A stretch of DNA of 63,068 bases, counting the filler, from Octopus bimaculoides (lineage: Eukaryota): assembly GCF_001194135.2 (NCBI RefSeq). It is 5 parts of 5 records of this genome, joined end to end, with 100 filler letters (N's around TTAATTAATTAA, not from the genome) between each part and the next. Parts side by side here need not be neighbours in the genome. Positions count along the whole stretch, not along the records: positions 22,527 to 52,759 come from NC_068999.1; 4 more parts are not named here. One strand, written 5' to 3'. Positions 37,752 to 50,608 of the stretch are shown here, piece after piece. The stretch's first letter is position 1, and the number at the start of each line of letters is the position of its first letter. Under the pieces are notes generated by a model, which was given only the letters and a program-made list of their open reading frames with translations, was not told the DNA's origin and made no database searches. The position numbers were made by a program, and so were the translations under genes.

Positions 37752-37971
37752 CCCTTTAGCATTCAGATATCTCTGTGAAATGTAATAATTATTTATTTCC
37801 ATTGTTTTGAATTAGACATGCATTATCTTATACTTTTGAGATTTCAATGGTGTAATAGTTTATTTTTAGAATGACATTGTAGGGTAGATATGAGAGGCCA
37901 GACCTGGCTAGTTTGAACATAAAATAGGTAGAAAATTTGGGCTGGATATGGTCAGTTTAAAAGCTAAAGGG
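37752..37971. mobile_element. 220-bp piggyBac-type MITE, family 1
   Basis: TTAA|CCCTTTAGC ... GCTAAAGGG|TTAA; a further copy at about 38143-38361. Confidence 0.85.
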
Positions 37972-38639
37972 TTAAAAGCCCACCAAAGTTAACTTTACCT
38001 TTCACTTCTCCAGAGTCAATAAAATAAAATATTAGTCAAAATAATGCTCCTTGTGAGGTTGGATGAGATATTCCAGCAGTGTTGACTGCATGTCAAAGCC
38101 AAAAGTAGCTGCAATCTGTCAGCAATGAAGGATTAGATTCAACCTTTAGTATTTAAACCAGCCATATCCAGCCCAAATATTCTATCTGTTTTATGTTCAT
38201 ACCAGACAGATCTAACTTCTCGCATCTATCATACAATGACAGTTGAAAAATAAACAATCGCATCATTAATATCTTGAAGCTTTGAGATAATTCATGCTTA
38301 ATTCAAAACATTGTGAATAAGTAAGCATCACATTTGACAGAATAATTTGAATGCTAAAGGGATAAAGAATCTCATTTTTAAATTAGAAGGAACTGATTCC
38401 AAAGATCAGGAAGCAGTCAAGAACTTAGGCTGTATAAATGAAAAATCCTTAAATGACATCAAGAGGGATATTGAGACCAAGCTGAGATAAGGAATAACTG
38501 CCATTGACAACTGCAGATTGTCAGGATAGTTTAAAGCTTGGTGTTATCAACATGACCTTTTGCTGAAGTTCATATGTCCACTACAAGTGTATGAAATATT
38601 GTTAATAAAAGTGGAGAGAATGTAAAGAAGTGCTCCTGT

Positions 38640-39030
38640 TATACTTTACAGTGGAGTCATGCCATTTTTGGTAGAAAACTGTCACACACTCAAGGCAGTG
38701 TGCGCAGGTACATTGCCATGATAAAACCACCACTCTCCACTTTGTCACAGGTCAAGGCGTTTTCATCTCACATCTCACAAATGCTTCAGAACTCCCAAGT
38801 AAAATGTCTGGTTAACAGTTTGATCAGGAGGAAGAAATTCTTTGAGGACAATTCCTTTTGCATCAATGAAACAAATCAGCATCATTTTGACATTGAACTT
38901 CACTTGATGCACTTTTCTGGGACATGGTGACATCGAATGCTTCCACTGACCTTCAAAAAAAGGTCCAGATCAACTTCCAACTGTTCTTTCAATCAAGTAC
39001 TGACTGCTTTTGATCTTCTGTGAGCATGCA
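38640..39030 (-). mobile_element. mariner (Mos1-like) transposase fragment
   Basis: Stitched frames give MMLICFIDAKGIVLKEFLPPDQTVNQTFYLGVL...GEWWFYHGNVPAHTALSV. Confidence 0.8.
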
Positions 39031-39032
39031 GA

Positions 39033-39117
<85 letters not shown>

Positions 39118-39212
39118 AATATGATGACAAAAGAATGAATGAGACCTCGATAATATGCAAATAGAGGAATTTATCTATATATTTATAATATAGGCCAATC
39201 AGTTAGTTGTCA

Positions 39213-39268
39213 TAATAATACTCAGAGTTTCAGATGCCGGGGCTAAAAGACATCCTCATCAGTTATTA
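39213..39268 (-). ncRNA. Type I hammerhead ribozyme motif with canonical core
   Basis: Minus strand TAATAA-CTGATGA-GGATGTC-TTTTAGCCCC-GGCATCT-GAAACTCTGAGTA-TTATTA: 6-bp stem I, 7-bp stem II, ACTC-T-GAGT stem III, GUA site. Confidence 0.8.
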
Positions 39269-39452
39269 AAACAAAAACTCTATGAAAAAAAAAATCCGTT
39301 GAATAAAGGGAAGTTACTCTAACAGGCGTAGTAAAAAGTAAATAAAAGTAAAAGATAAAAGATATAAAAATACAACCATGTAAAGATAGAAATCTTCGTT
39401 CATAAAATCTACATACGTACGCATGTATATATGCATACATACATGTACACAC

Positions 39453-39484
<32 letters not shown>

Positions 39485-39766
39485 NNNNNNNNNNNNNNNN
39501 NNNNNNNNNNNNNNNNNNNNNNNNNNNNNNNNNNNNNNNNNNNNNNNNNNNNNNNNNNNNNNNNNNNNNNNNNNNNNNNNNNNNNNNNNNNNNNNNNNNN
39601 NNNNNNNNNNNNNNNNNNNNNNNNNNNNNNNNNNNNNNNNNNNNNNNNNNNNNNNNNNNNNNNNNNNNNNNNNNNNNNNNNNNNNNNNNNNNNNNNNNNN
39701 NNNNNNNNNNNNNNNNNNNNNNNNNNNNNNNNNNNNNNNNNNNNNNNNNNNNNNNNNNNNNNNNNN

Positions 39767-39811
<45 letters not shown>

Positions 39812-41141
39812 CATACACATGTATATGTACCCATGCACGCATTGTTATGCTCATATACAGATCTCTACACGCACAGACATACGCATATACTGGTGTGTGC
39901 ATGTAGAGATCTATATATGACCATAATAATGCATGGGTACATATACGTGTGTATGTGTTTGCATGTGTGTATATATATATATAAACAATATATGAGTATA
40001 TGCATATATATGTACATGTATGTATATACGTTCATCTACATGTACATATAGATACATAACTGGGTACATGACGTGGCAAAAGAACAAGGACAAAATAGTA
40101 AACAAGGTGCAACAAACAAGCAGGCCACATAGAAACATCGCCTTCATCAGCTGCCACCATTAAAACTCTGGCGTTTCGAAGAATTAAGGCAGTACGGATC
40201 GTTAAAATGGTTCTTCCCACGAACACAAATTAAATTGTTTTCGTGGAGGGNNNNNNNNNNNNNNNNNNNNNNNNNNNNNNNNNNNNNNNNNNNNNNNNNN
40301 NNNNNNNNNNNNNNNNNNNNNNNNNNNNNNNNNNNNNNNNNNNNNNNNNNNNNNNNNNNNNNNNNNNNNNNNNNNNNNNNNNNNNNNNNNNNNNNNNNNN
40401 NNNNNNNNNNNNNNNNNNNNNNNNNNNNNNNNNNNNNNNNNNNNNNNNNNNNNNNNNNNNNNNNNNNNNNNNNNNNNNNNNNNNNNNNNNNNNNNNNNNN
40501 NNNNNNNNNNNNNNNNNNNNNNNNNNNNNNNNNNNNNNNNNNNNNNNNNNNNNNNNNNNNNNNNNNNNNNNNNNNNNNNNNNNNNNNNNNNNNNNNNNNN
40601 NNNNNNNNNNNNNNNNNNNNNNNNNNNNNNNNNNNNNNNNNNNNNNNNNNNNNNNNNNNNNNNNNNNNNNNNNNNNNNNNNNNNNNNNNNNNNNNNNNNN
40701 NNNNNNNNNNNNNNNNNNNNNNNNNNNNNNNNNNNNNNNNNNNNNNNNNNNNNNNNNNNNNNNNNNNNNNNNNNNNNNNNNNNNNNNNNNNNNNNNNNNN
40801 NNNNNNNNNNNNNNNNNNNNNNNNNNNNNNNNNNNNNNNNNNNNNNNNNNNNNNNNNNNNNNNNNNNNNNNNNNNNNNNNNNNNNNNNNNNNNNNNNNNN
40901 NNNNNNNNNNNNNNNNNNNNNNNNNNNNNNNNNNNNNNNNNNNNNNNNNNNNNNNNNNNNNNNNNNNNNNNNNNNNNNNNNNNNNNNNNGTACGTATGTA
41001 GGTTTCATGAACGAAGATTTCTATCTTTATGTGGTTGTATTTTTATATCTTTTATCTTTTACTTTTATTTACTTTTTACCACGCCTGTTAGAGTAACTAA
41101 ACTCTGAGTATTATAATGACAACTAACTGATTGGCCTATAT

Positions 41142-41180
<39 letters not shown>

Positions 41181-41286
41181 ACTTAAATGGTAAAGGTAGA
41201 AACAAGTGTTTACTTTTTAAGTGTAACTTTTGATTTGTACGGAATCTTAACCCCATTTCGGTTATATATATATAAACTTTATCTAT

Positions 41287-44200
41287 ATTTCACTAACTAG
41301 TGTGAGACCACTCTTGGTTCTCTGATACAAAGTTCCTGTCTTAAATTAACATCTTATCAAAATTCCATGTTAATTAATGCCTTAGACACCAATTTAATAA
41401 TTACAAAATTATGTTACTTAATTCTTCGTGAGCTTCTAAATTAATTGAAATAAAGGCAATATATTTCAACAAAATATGATCACAAAGTTGTTAAATAAAC
41501 GACACCTATTTATATACCTGCTTGAATTACTTCCCCTATTCCTTTAGCGTGTTCGCTACGTTAAAAGCATGGAAAACGATATTGTCTACAGTTACCTTCG
41601 ACAAATTACATAATGGCTTTAGTGTTTATCCAAAAATTCATTACAAGAATCAAAGGTTCATCAGATGAGTTTTCACCAAACCAATTTCACTTGTCTTGAG
41701 ATGCTTTTATCTGCAACCAACTGGCATTTGATTAGGTTTTGTTAATAACTAACACTTGTGGCTAGTAACAAGCCATGGTTCATGGTATTCTTTTCTCTAC
41801 TAGTAACCTTGGGGGATCTGTAAACAGTTATAGGTGCTCCTATTTTCATTTAAACTAAACCAGTGTTTTTCAAATCAAAATCAAGCTATTCATTGCAATT
41901 GTCAAATCAGTGCTAGATTGATTACGCATTTCTTACTTTATGTTATCGCAGTTTTGTGGGATTTGGCTGTTATTTCTAGCATGTAAATAGCCTGCTTGGG
42001 GGAAGGGGAATTGAAATTTTTCAAACAATTTTTTTTCAGAATCATAATCTCCGTATTTTTTTTACGCATTTCGCAAAAAATATTTCATATCGTCTTTCAT
42101 TTCGTGTTCGAGGCACCTATATCTACTGCGGCTTTATATACCGGAGTAGATAATAAAACTGCGATCCAGTGGTATGAGTTTTGTCGAGAAGTGTGTTCGG
42201 GGAAGATGCTTCGAGACAAAGCTCCGCTCGGTGGTCCAGGTCATGAGGTGGAAATAGATGAGAGCTTGCTCTTTAAAAGGAAGAGCCACGTAGGGAGAAT
42301 AGACCATCAAACGTGGGTTGTCGGGTGCTATGACACCACTGTGAAAAAAGGGTTCCTTCAACGTGTGCCTGGTAGAAGCGCAGAAACACTTGAAGCCGTT
42401 ATAATCGAAAATGTGTTACCGGGTACGAAAGTACATACTGACAAATGGGCCAGCTATAGGAATTTATGTGCTTAGAACAGCTGGGCTACATTCACAGAAC
42501 GATTAACCACTCAACGAATTTCGTCGACCCTGAAACTGGCGCTTGCACGAATCACATTGAGGCCTATTGGTCCCGAATTGAAAGACGGCTGAAGTATGTG
42601 ACTGGATCGTCGGGCGACATAAAATGGTCCCGCGTCGATGAGTCAATGTATCGAGAAATGTATGGATTTACTGCAAAGAAAAACTTCCAGAATTTCTATA
42701 CATTTCTCGAACACACTGCGGTAGTTTATCCCTCCTAAACTCCACCAGCACGGCTACCCAAAACTCATATATTTCTGAAATTNNNNNNNNNNNNNNNNNN
42801 NNNNNNNNNNNNNNNNNNNNNNNNNNNNNNNNGAGTAGATTGGTTACACATTTCTTGCTTTATGTTATCGCAGTTTTGTGAGGTTTGGCTGTTATTTCTA
42901 GCATGTAAATAGTCTGCTTGGGGGAAGGAGAATTGCATAATCTCCGTATTTCTTTACGCATTTCGTCCAAAAAAAATTTCCGGAAAATGTGAAAAATGAA
43001 GAAATGGGTGGGAATCGAAATTTTGAATTTGAGATTTTTGAAAATTTTGTTTCAGAATCGGAATCTCCATAGCCTAAAATGAGGTATTCCGTAAAAAAAA
43101 AAAAAAATTAGAGGGGGGGGTCCGTTTACATATTCTCCATCTGGACCTTTCCTTGACCTCAACACTTTATATCCTTATGCTTAAGGTATGCAACAGCTTT
43201 ATCGATTGTTTTTATTTAAATGTAAAATATCACAGCACTCCTAACTACTGTTAATTATACCCTAGGCAGCAGTTCTCAAACTTATTCTGGTGTGGAACCA
43301 TTATGCAATTTAACAAAAATTTCAGAACCTATTCCTATATTTTACAGACAAACCTTTATCACTCTAAGAGACCTATAGAATCAGTATCTGGCTTTAAAAA
43401 TAATAAGTACTGAGGTCGAAACATTCGACTAAAAATTCTTTAATATGGTGTCCCAGCATGGCTGCAGTCTAATGACTGAAACAGGTAAAATAATTAAATA
43501 AATAAAACACACACACACGCATGCATACATACATCCGTTGCCCATAGGTTAGGAAAAAAAACACATTCTATTTTGAGCAGTTATATTTTATGTAGTCAGG
43601 TAATATATCCTTGCTTACGGCATATAATCGGTCAGAACGTTACCATTGGTTTCACGTCTACTATTGCACTTAGCAGTGTAGTCGAGTCGTTAGACCAGCT
43701 GGTCAGAAGCACATAGCCTCTTTATCAATGGAGTCTTGGTCAGTTTAGTGGTGAGGGGAAAAAAAGGGTAAGATAAAAAAAAAAAAACATTTCAGTAAGG
43801 GAAAAGAAGGGTTACTTTCTCAGAAACGATTCCTGCGGTGTCCGAAATGAATTCAACTGTGTACCTTTTCTTTTCCCCGTTCTCTGGTCCGCAAACGAGA
43901 ATTCAACAATTTCTAAAACAAAATTCCTGTTGTGAGGGCTAAATGCTTCGCAGCATTTCACTAACTAGTGTGAGACCACTCTTGGTTCTCTGATACAAAG
44001 TTCCTGTCATAAATTAATATCTTATCAAAATTCCATGTTAATTAATGCCTAAGACACCAATTTAATAATTATAAAGTATGTTACCTAATTCTTCGTAAGC
44101 TTCCAAATTAATTGAAATAAAGGCAGTATATTTCAACAAAATATGATCACAAAGTTGTTAAATAAACGACACCTATTTATATACCTGCTTGAATTACTTC

Positions 44201-44323
44201 CCTTATTCATTTAGCTTGTTAGCTACGTTAAAAGCATGGAAAACGATATTGTCTACAATTGTCTTCGACAAATTACATAAAGGCTTTAGTGTTTATCCAA
44301 AAATTCATTACAAAAATCAAAGG
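41287..44323. repeat. Local direct duplication of about 370 bp (41287-41656 and 43955-44323)
   Basis: The two copies align end to end with scattered substitutions. Confidence 0.85.
42113..42738 (+). mobile_element. Merlin (IS1595/ISXO2-like) DDE transposase, one frameshift near 42465
   Basis: LGGPGHEVEIDESLL, TWVVG, RSAETL..VIIENVLPGTKVHTDKWASY, HRTINHSTNFVDPETGACTNHIEAYWSRI. Confidence 0.9.
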
Positions 44324-44955
44324 ACCATTCATTTTCAATGGTGACAGAATCAAATAGAGCTTTGCAAAATAAAGAATTTTCAATGCGTACATTTTGCTTT
44401 TATTAATAATCTTAACCGAAAATGAAAAGAAAAAAATGAGTTAAAATAAAAAAGGAAATATTGAAGCTTTGGATGGACTTTACATAATTTTGTGCTTGAA
44501 GAATGGAACCAGCTTAAAATCTGGGACTCTTGTTAAATATAAATTCTGATACATATGGCAATGATAACATATTACCTGTTTATAGATGCATTGCCACACT
44601 TATATGGAAAAAAAAATTATCAAAATATGTGGATTTGGCTTCAGGTTGGGAATCAAACCATGATTAAAGACAAGTTTCTCAGCTTTATAATTATATTTAT
44701 TTTTCTGCAATGAATGGGCTTTGGTTACAGATGCAATTCAAATGATGTATGATATATTTGTCGTTTGTTATATTTCTGTGCAAATTTCACATATATACTA
44801 AATAATCTATGACATATCAGTATATATAGCTTTAACAAAAGAAGAGCTGTGTAGATCATCTATGAAAATATATGTTAGTGACAGAGGCAGTATTAATACT
44901 AAGAGATAATATTTATCCCCACTTAAACACATATTCTCTGTTAGAGCAATTTGTA

Positions 44956-45106
44956 CTGCAGTGGATACCATGAGAGAAACTCGCATATTGGCTTTTGGGG
45001 CATAATGCACCAAACTCTTGTTTTTCTCCCCTACAAGTGATATAAATGAGAGTGCATTTTGCACCAAAAGCCAATATGAGAGTTTCTCTCATGGTGTCTA
45101 CCACAG
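44956..45106. mobile_element. 151-bp MITE with about 55-bp TIRs and TA flanks (Tc1/mariner-type)
   Basis: ACCATGAGAGAAACTCGCATATTGGCTTTTGG versus CCAAAAGCCAATATGAGAGTTTCTCTCATGGT; TA at 44954 and 45107. Confidence 0.75.
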
Positions 45107-45120
45107 TATAGTTTAAGTGG

Positions 45121-45160
<40 letters not shown>

Positions 45161-45164
45161 TTAT

Positions 45165-45388
45165 TTCTTTACTGCCCACAAGGGGCTAAACATAGAGGGG
45201 GACAAACAAGGACAGACAAAGGGATTAAATCGATTACATCGACCCCAGTGCATAGCTGGTACTTATTTAATCAACCTCAAAAGGATGAAAGGCAAAGTCG
45301 ACCTAGGCGGAATTTGAACTCAGAACGTAATGGCAGACGAAATACCGCTAAGCATTTTGCCCCGTGTGCTAACATTTCTGCCAGCTCA
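45165..45388 (-). mobile_element. SINE family C, full length
   Basis: Reverse complement of 62721-62949. Confidence 0.9.
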
Positions 45389-45397
45389 ATAATAATA

Positions 45398-45850
45398 ATC
45401 ATCGTTTAACATCCGCTTTCCATGTTCGCATGGGTTAAAGGGTTTAACTGAGGACTGGCAAGCCAGGAGGCTGCACCAGGTTCCAATCTGATCTGGCAAG
45501 GTTTCTACAGCTGGATGCCCTTCCTAACACCAACCACTCCAAGAGTATAGTTGGTGCTTTTTACATGCCGCCAGTACAGGCGCCAGTCAGGCAGTACTGG
45601 CATCAACCAGGCCTGTATGGTGCTTTTTACATGCCACCAGCATGGGAGCCAGTCAGACAGTACTGACATCAGCCATGACAATGATTTCACTTGACCCAAC
45701 AGGTTTTCTCAAGCACAGTATATTACCCAATGATTGAAGGGTATTCTAAAATAGGCTGGTTATGCGACACTGGCATAGGCCACAGCTACGGTCTCAAGCA
45801 CAGTATACCTCCAAAGGTCTTGGTCACTTGTCATTACCTCTGAGGGATAA
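45398..45850 (-). mobile_element. RTE LINE 3' tail
   Basis: CATCGTTTAACATCCGCTTTCCATG...TTTCTACAGCTGGATGCCCTTCC; further copies at 46803-47165 (-), 48020-48180 (+) and 49325-49553 (+). Confidence 0.8.
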
Positions 45851-47408
45851 ATATAACCTTATGAAAAGGCAATGGATTTTTGGCATGATAATGACGATGG
45901 TCATTATCATTGTTACTGTCATATCAAGCTTCTACTCTTTTTTCATGGTTTTTGCTTCATATACTTCCAGTTGCCTGAATATAAAATACAAACTTAGGAT
46001 AACTCAAAATATAAGACAGTGGAATAAATAGTACTTTATTTTCCCCAAATTAGATTGTTTTAATCTTCTTTAAAATTAACAAGACATAATTAATGTTAAG
46101 TTAGATATTCAGTTAAATAATAAAAAAACAATATACATAATAAAATGTTTCTTTCTACAATTTAGATAATTCGAATTTTTCGAGTAGAATCAATTTTAAA
46201 ACCAACTTGTCCATCATGAAAATAATGACGTTTTGGCTCCAGGATACAAATATACTTTCCCATTTTCAGTTGGCTCCAGGAAAAATATGGGAAAGGATCA
46301 GGTTCTTTGTGACAAAATATTAGGATCATCACGCAACCATCAGCGTCCTAAAATGAAGAAAAGTTTATTGTTTTAATTTTTAAAAATGTGATTTAATACA
46401 TTTATATATCAACTAGGTTCCAATAATAGCTGTATTGTATCCCCGCACCCATTCACCTCATCCAATTCAATCAAACACAAAATCCATATTGTTAAACAAA
46501 TGGAAAAATCTATTATAATCTTTGGGAATAAAACTTCAATTTTTATGCTTTTACAATTTGGCTGTTGTACTACAAAATACTTGATGTCAATTACCTTCAC
46601 TTAAGTTCACAATTATATAGGGCTGCCATAGTGCTCTTAATAAACCTTAAAAATTCTTCCCAAAATCACTAAGTTTTAGTCTTGTACTCGACAATGAATT
46701 CAATATTACAAAATTTTCATAATAGCAAAGGTAAACAAATGTTTTGCTTGCTCTATGGTACACTTTCCACAATAGCTTCAACAAATCAAAGGTAACAATA
46801 TGTCATCATTATTATCATCATCATCCTTTAACATGTTTTCCATGCTAGTATGGTTGGATGGTTTGACCAGAGCTGGAGAGCTGCACCAGGTTCCAGTCTA
46901 ATTTGGCTTGGTCTCAATGGCTGGATGCCCTCCCTGACACCAACCACTTTACAGTGTGCGTGCTGGGGGCTTTTAACATGTCACTGGCATGAGTGCTTAT
47001 TTGTGGCCCAAGCACAAGTGCTTTCTACATGGCACGGGCACAAGACTCTTGCAGGACAGTCCTCTTCTTCAGGGATGTGGCCTTAACACTTCTGCTGAGG
47101 AGCACAGGTTTTTTTAAGTACCATCAGGCACCAAGTCTCTCAGTCTTTTGTCATCTCGTCTGAAAGGTTCAGCATAAATGTATGTGTATGTGTGTGTGTG
47201 CGCGCGCGCGCGTGTGTATGCATGGATGGATGGATGGTGAATTAAAAGTAGCTCTAATAATATAAATATTATCAGACACACACACACACATACAGTGCAT
47301 GTCTTTTGTTTATCTGCCAGTTTGCTGTGGAATAGCATCCTGGAAAAGCTCCCTACATGAAACTGAGTGTTAAAGAACACCGAATGTCTGACAGGTGAGG
47401 TGACTCAC

Positions 47409-47519
47409 CCAGAGGAATGAGAATGATACCAGTATTTCGCTATCATTACAGTTCTTCCCAAGATGCTGTCCCACAGCACATTGGTGTATAAACAAGACAC
47501 ACACACTGTGTATGTGTGA
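47409..47519 (-). CDS. Probable further exon of the MYND zinc-finger gene (111 nt, phase 0/0)
   Basis: Acceptor TTATCAG after a 69-nt pyrimidine-rich intron, donor TGG|GTGAGT; reads SHIHSVCVLFIHQCAVGQHLGKNCNDSEILVSFSFLW; a second frame is also open. Confidence 0.55.
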
Positions 47520-47588
47520 CTGATAACGTAAGGCAGAGGTAATAAAGAGAAAAGAAGAGACAGATAAGATGTACAATAATATACTCAC

Positions 47589-47767
47589 TTCAATGAAAAT
47601 ACTTGGCCTATATACATCATATCCTGGTTTTGAAATGTAAGCAACAAGAAGTGTATTTTCTGTCAATTTATTCCAGTGAAATTCCACTTTAACCTCAATA
47701 AATCTAGTAATTAAATGATGCAAAGGAAAAAGCCCTTTTGCTAAGATTAAACTCCTGATGAAACGAA
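47589..47767 (-). CDS. Internal exon of the MYND zinc-finger gene (179 nt, phase 1/0)
   Basis: Acceptor TTTTATTTCAG, donor GAA|GTGAGT; phase matches the MYND exon; reads (V)RFIRSLILAKGLFPLHHLITRFIEVKVEFHWNKLTENTLLVAYISKPGYDVYRPSIFIE. Confidence 0.75.
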
Positions 47768-48941
47768 CTGAAATAAAAGTTTAGTAAGTGAGGTTATATG
47801 ACAGAGAAAAATATTAAACATACAAGTAAAAATACCACCTGTTGAAATCAATATTTAAGAAGAAAAATGGTAATGTCAGCAGAAGATCAAAATAAATGTT
47901 TTGCTTTAATTTGTTTAAGTAAGTCCTGTTCTAAGTTGAAATCCCACTGACAATATAAATCAGTATGTACTGAAATTTATTAAACTATACTTTATTTCTT
48001 TTGCCTTGTTAAAAGAATCAATTCACCGAGGTGTTGGGTGATGCCTGTGAGAGCACTTGGCTTTTCCAATGCCTTAGCCTCGCCATCGCCCATGGTAAGG
48101 CTGTGAGCATGCTAGCTTGCTTCAGCTGGTTCCATTGAACCTTGTGGTGTGTGACCAATTGAAGCACTTGGTGCTGCATTGATGTTTCTTCTTTCTTTTT
48201 TTTTCTCATATTTTCTTTGTCTTTCTTTAGATAAAATAAAGGCAAAATAATTGTTGAAAAATATCATCAATTTCCCTTTCGTATTTAAAAGAAAATCTCT
48301 TGAATTCATTAAGATGAGTGCTGGAATAAGAAAAAAATTGAATGGTTTTTTTTTTTTCTGTCATAATTCCATTCACATTCAGGATGTATTACAGGAATAT
48401 AAACAGACACAAGTACTTGGCTGTTACATTTTTTAAATCGGCTTCAGAAGGGTGAAAGCAAAGTTGATCTTGATAGGATTTAAATGCAAAGTGTAGTGAA
48501 GAAGTTAAATGTTTTTTCTTTGCAATTTTAGTACAAGGCCTACAATTTCCAGAAGAGGGGGCAAGTAAATTACATCAACCCTAATACTTAACTGGATTTG
48601 ATGTAATTAATGGTACTTATCTGATTGACACTGAAAGGATGAAAGGCAAAGTTGACCACAGCAGAATTTCAACTTGGGATATTGAATCAGAAGAAATACC
48701 ACAGAGCAATTTTTCTGACACTCTAACAATTCTGGAACCTTCCTACCTTAGTAGTTAAATATTGTAAAGTATTTTGTTTGACACTCATTCATTTCTTCCA
48801 ATACACAGTCTTGGTCTTTTGCTTTTCCACAAAAAACAAAAAAAACAACAAATATAAAACCCACTAAGTTTTAAAGTCAAATGTGAGTAATTATTTAGAT
48901 ATTTTTGTAGCTTACAAATATCACTGAATATAAAAAATATT

Positions 48942-49157
48942 CTTTTCTACTCTAGGCACAAGGCCTGAAATTTTGGAGGGGGGGGGGGCCAGTCAATTAG
49001 ATCGACCCCAGTACACAACTAGTACTTAATTTATCAACCCTGAAAGGATGAAAGGCAAAGTCAACCTCTGTAGTATTTGAACTCAGAATGTAAAGACAGA
49101 TGATATACCGCTAAGCATTTTGCCCACCATGCTAACATTTCTGCCAGCTCACTACCT
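48942..49157 (-). mobile_element. SINE family C with 17-bp TSD
   Basis: TGAATATAAAAAATATT at 48925-48941 and 49158-49174. Confidence 0.85.
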
Positions 49158-49852
49158 TGAATATAAAAAATATTGGCAGATATATGTTAGAGAGATCAAT
49201 ATGTCATTGTAGATATATAGTGGTTAATGAATGATAAAAGAATAATTGGGAATTAATTTGGCCTCAGAAGATCAAGACTCAGTTAACCTATGGCAACATA
49301 TAAAAAATAATGTTAAGCCAAAGATTGGTGACCCTGTTGGTGATGATGCCAAGTAAAAAGCACTTGTGCTAGTGCAACATAAAATGCAGTCAGTACACTC
49401 TGGTTGGCATTAGAAAGGGTGTCCAGCCATAGAAATCATGCCAAAGCAGACAATGAAGTCTGGTATAGCTCCCAGCCTTGCCAGCTCCTGTCAAAGGGTC
49501 CAACCCATGCCAGCATGAAAAATAGATGTTAGATGTTAAATGATGATGATGAATCATAATCTACTAGTATCTATTTAGTATTCAATATGAAGGATGAAGT
49601 GAGAGAATTAGCAGAAAGCAGGAATAAATGCCCTTCCATATTTAGTTCCGTCCATGTATGATAAACTTGCCTTTCATTCATCTTGGATCAATCAAATAAA
49701 TACCAGTAATATACTGTGAGAGATTCAATTTACTATGACATTCCCTTACAAATTAGTGACTTTGAGCCTATGTGATAAATTTATAAATGGAAGATATTCG
49801 GTTTTTAAAATGTGTTGTTTATTCTAACAGTATTTTAAAGTATAGAACTTAC

Positions 49853-50029
49853 CTGGACGTCTTGAAAGTGTGGTATTTAAACTGTTAGGAAATTTACAGA
49901 ATTTTTTGTGAAGTCTCCAAGCAGGCTCTTGACAAGCTTTTGAGCAATACTTTGCAATTTTGCACTGGTTACATGTCATTAGATTTTCATTAAAATTTCC
50001 ACAATGTTCACATCTTACAGCTTTGAAAA
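49853..50029 (-). CDS. MYND-type zinc-finger exon (177 nt, phase 1/1)
   Basis: Acceptor ATTTAG, donor CAG|GTAAG; reads FKAVRCEHCGNFNENLMTCNQCKIAKYCSKACQEPAWRLHKKFCKFPNSLNTTLSRRP, with the full CxxC...CxxC...YCSxxCQ...W..HK..C pattern. Confidence 0.92.
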
Positions 50030-50608
50030 CTAAATAGTCACACAGTATGTGTAAATAAAAGATACATAAACATACATGTATGTTTTTTTTTTAAAAAAAA
50101 AAAAGAGCTCATGAAAATAAGAAAACAAAATATTTATATAGAAAATCAGATGCAGTTACATAATCATCATTATGCCTTCCTTACATGGAAAAAAAAACAT
50201 GAATTAAATTCTTTAGTTTAATTAGGTGTAGGATATTAATTTTTGGATTAGATTTCATTCCATATTTTGTTTCATCTCTAAATGTTCCTACCTTAAATGC
50301 AATCAGGGCTAACTGACTTTCATCTTTCTGGGAATAATAACATAAGTATCAGTAATATAGCGTTGGTAATTCAAAAGACTATAATTTTCTCTCACAAAAT
50401 ACTTTTTTCTCATATAGATGTGGCCATGTGGTAAGAGGTTTCCTTCTCAACCACACAGTTCTGGATCAGTTCCACTGCATGCCACCTGGGGCAAGTGTGT
50501 TATCCTATAGCTCCAGACCAACCAAAGACTTGAGTGGATTATTTGGCAGGTAGAAAGTGAAAGACGCTCATCACACACACGCATGCACACACACATACAT
50601 TATATATA

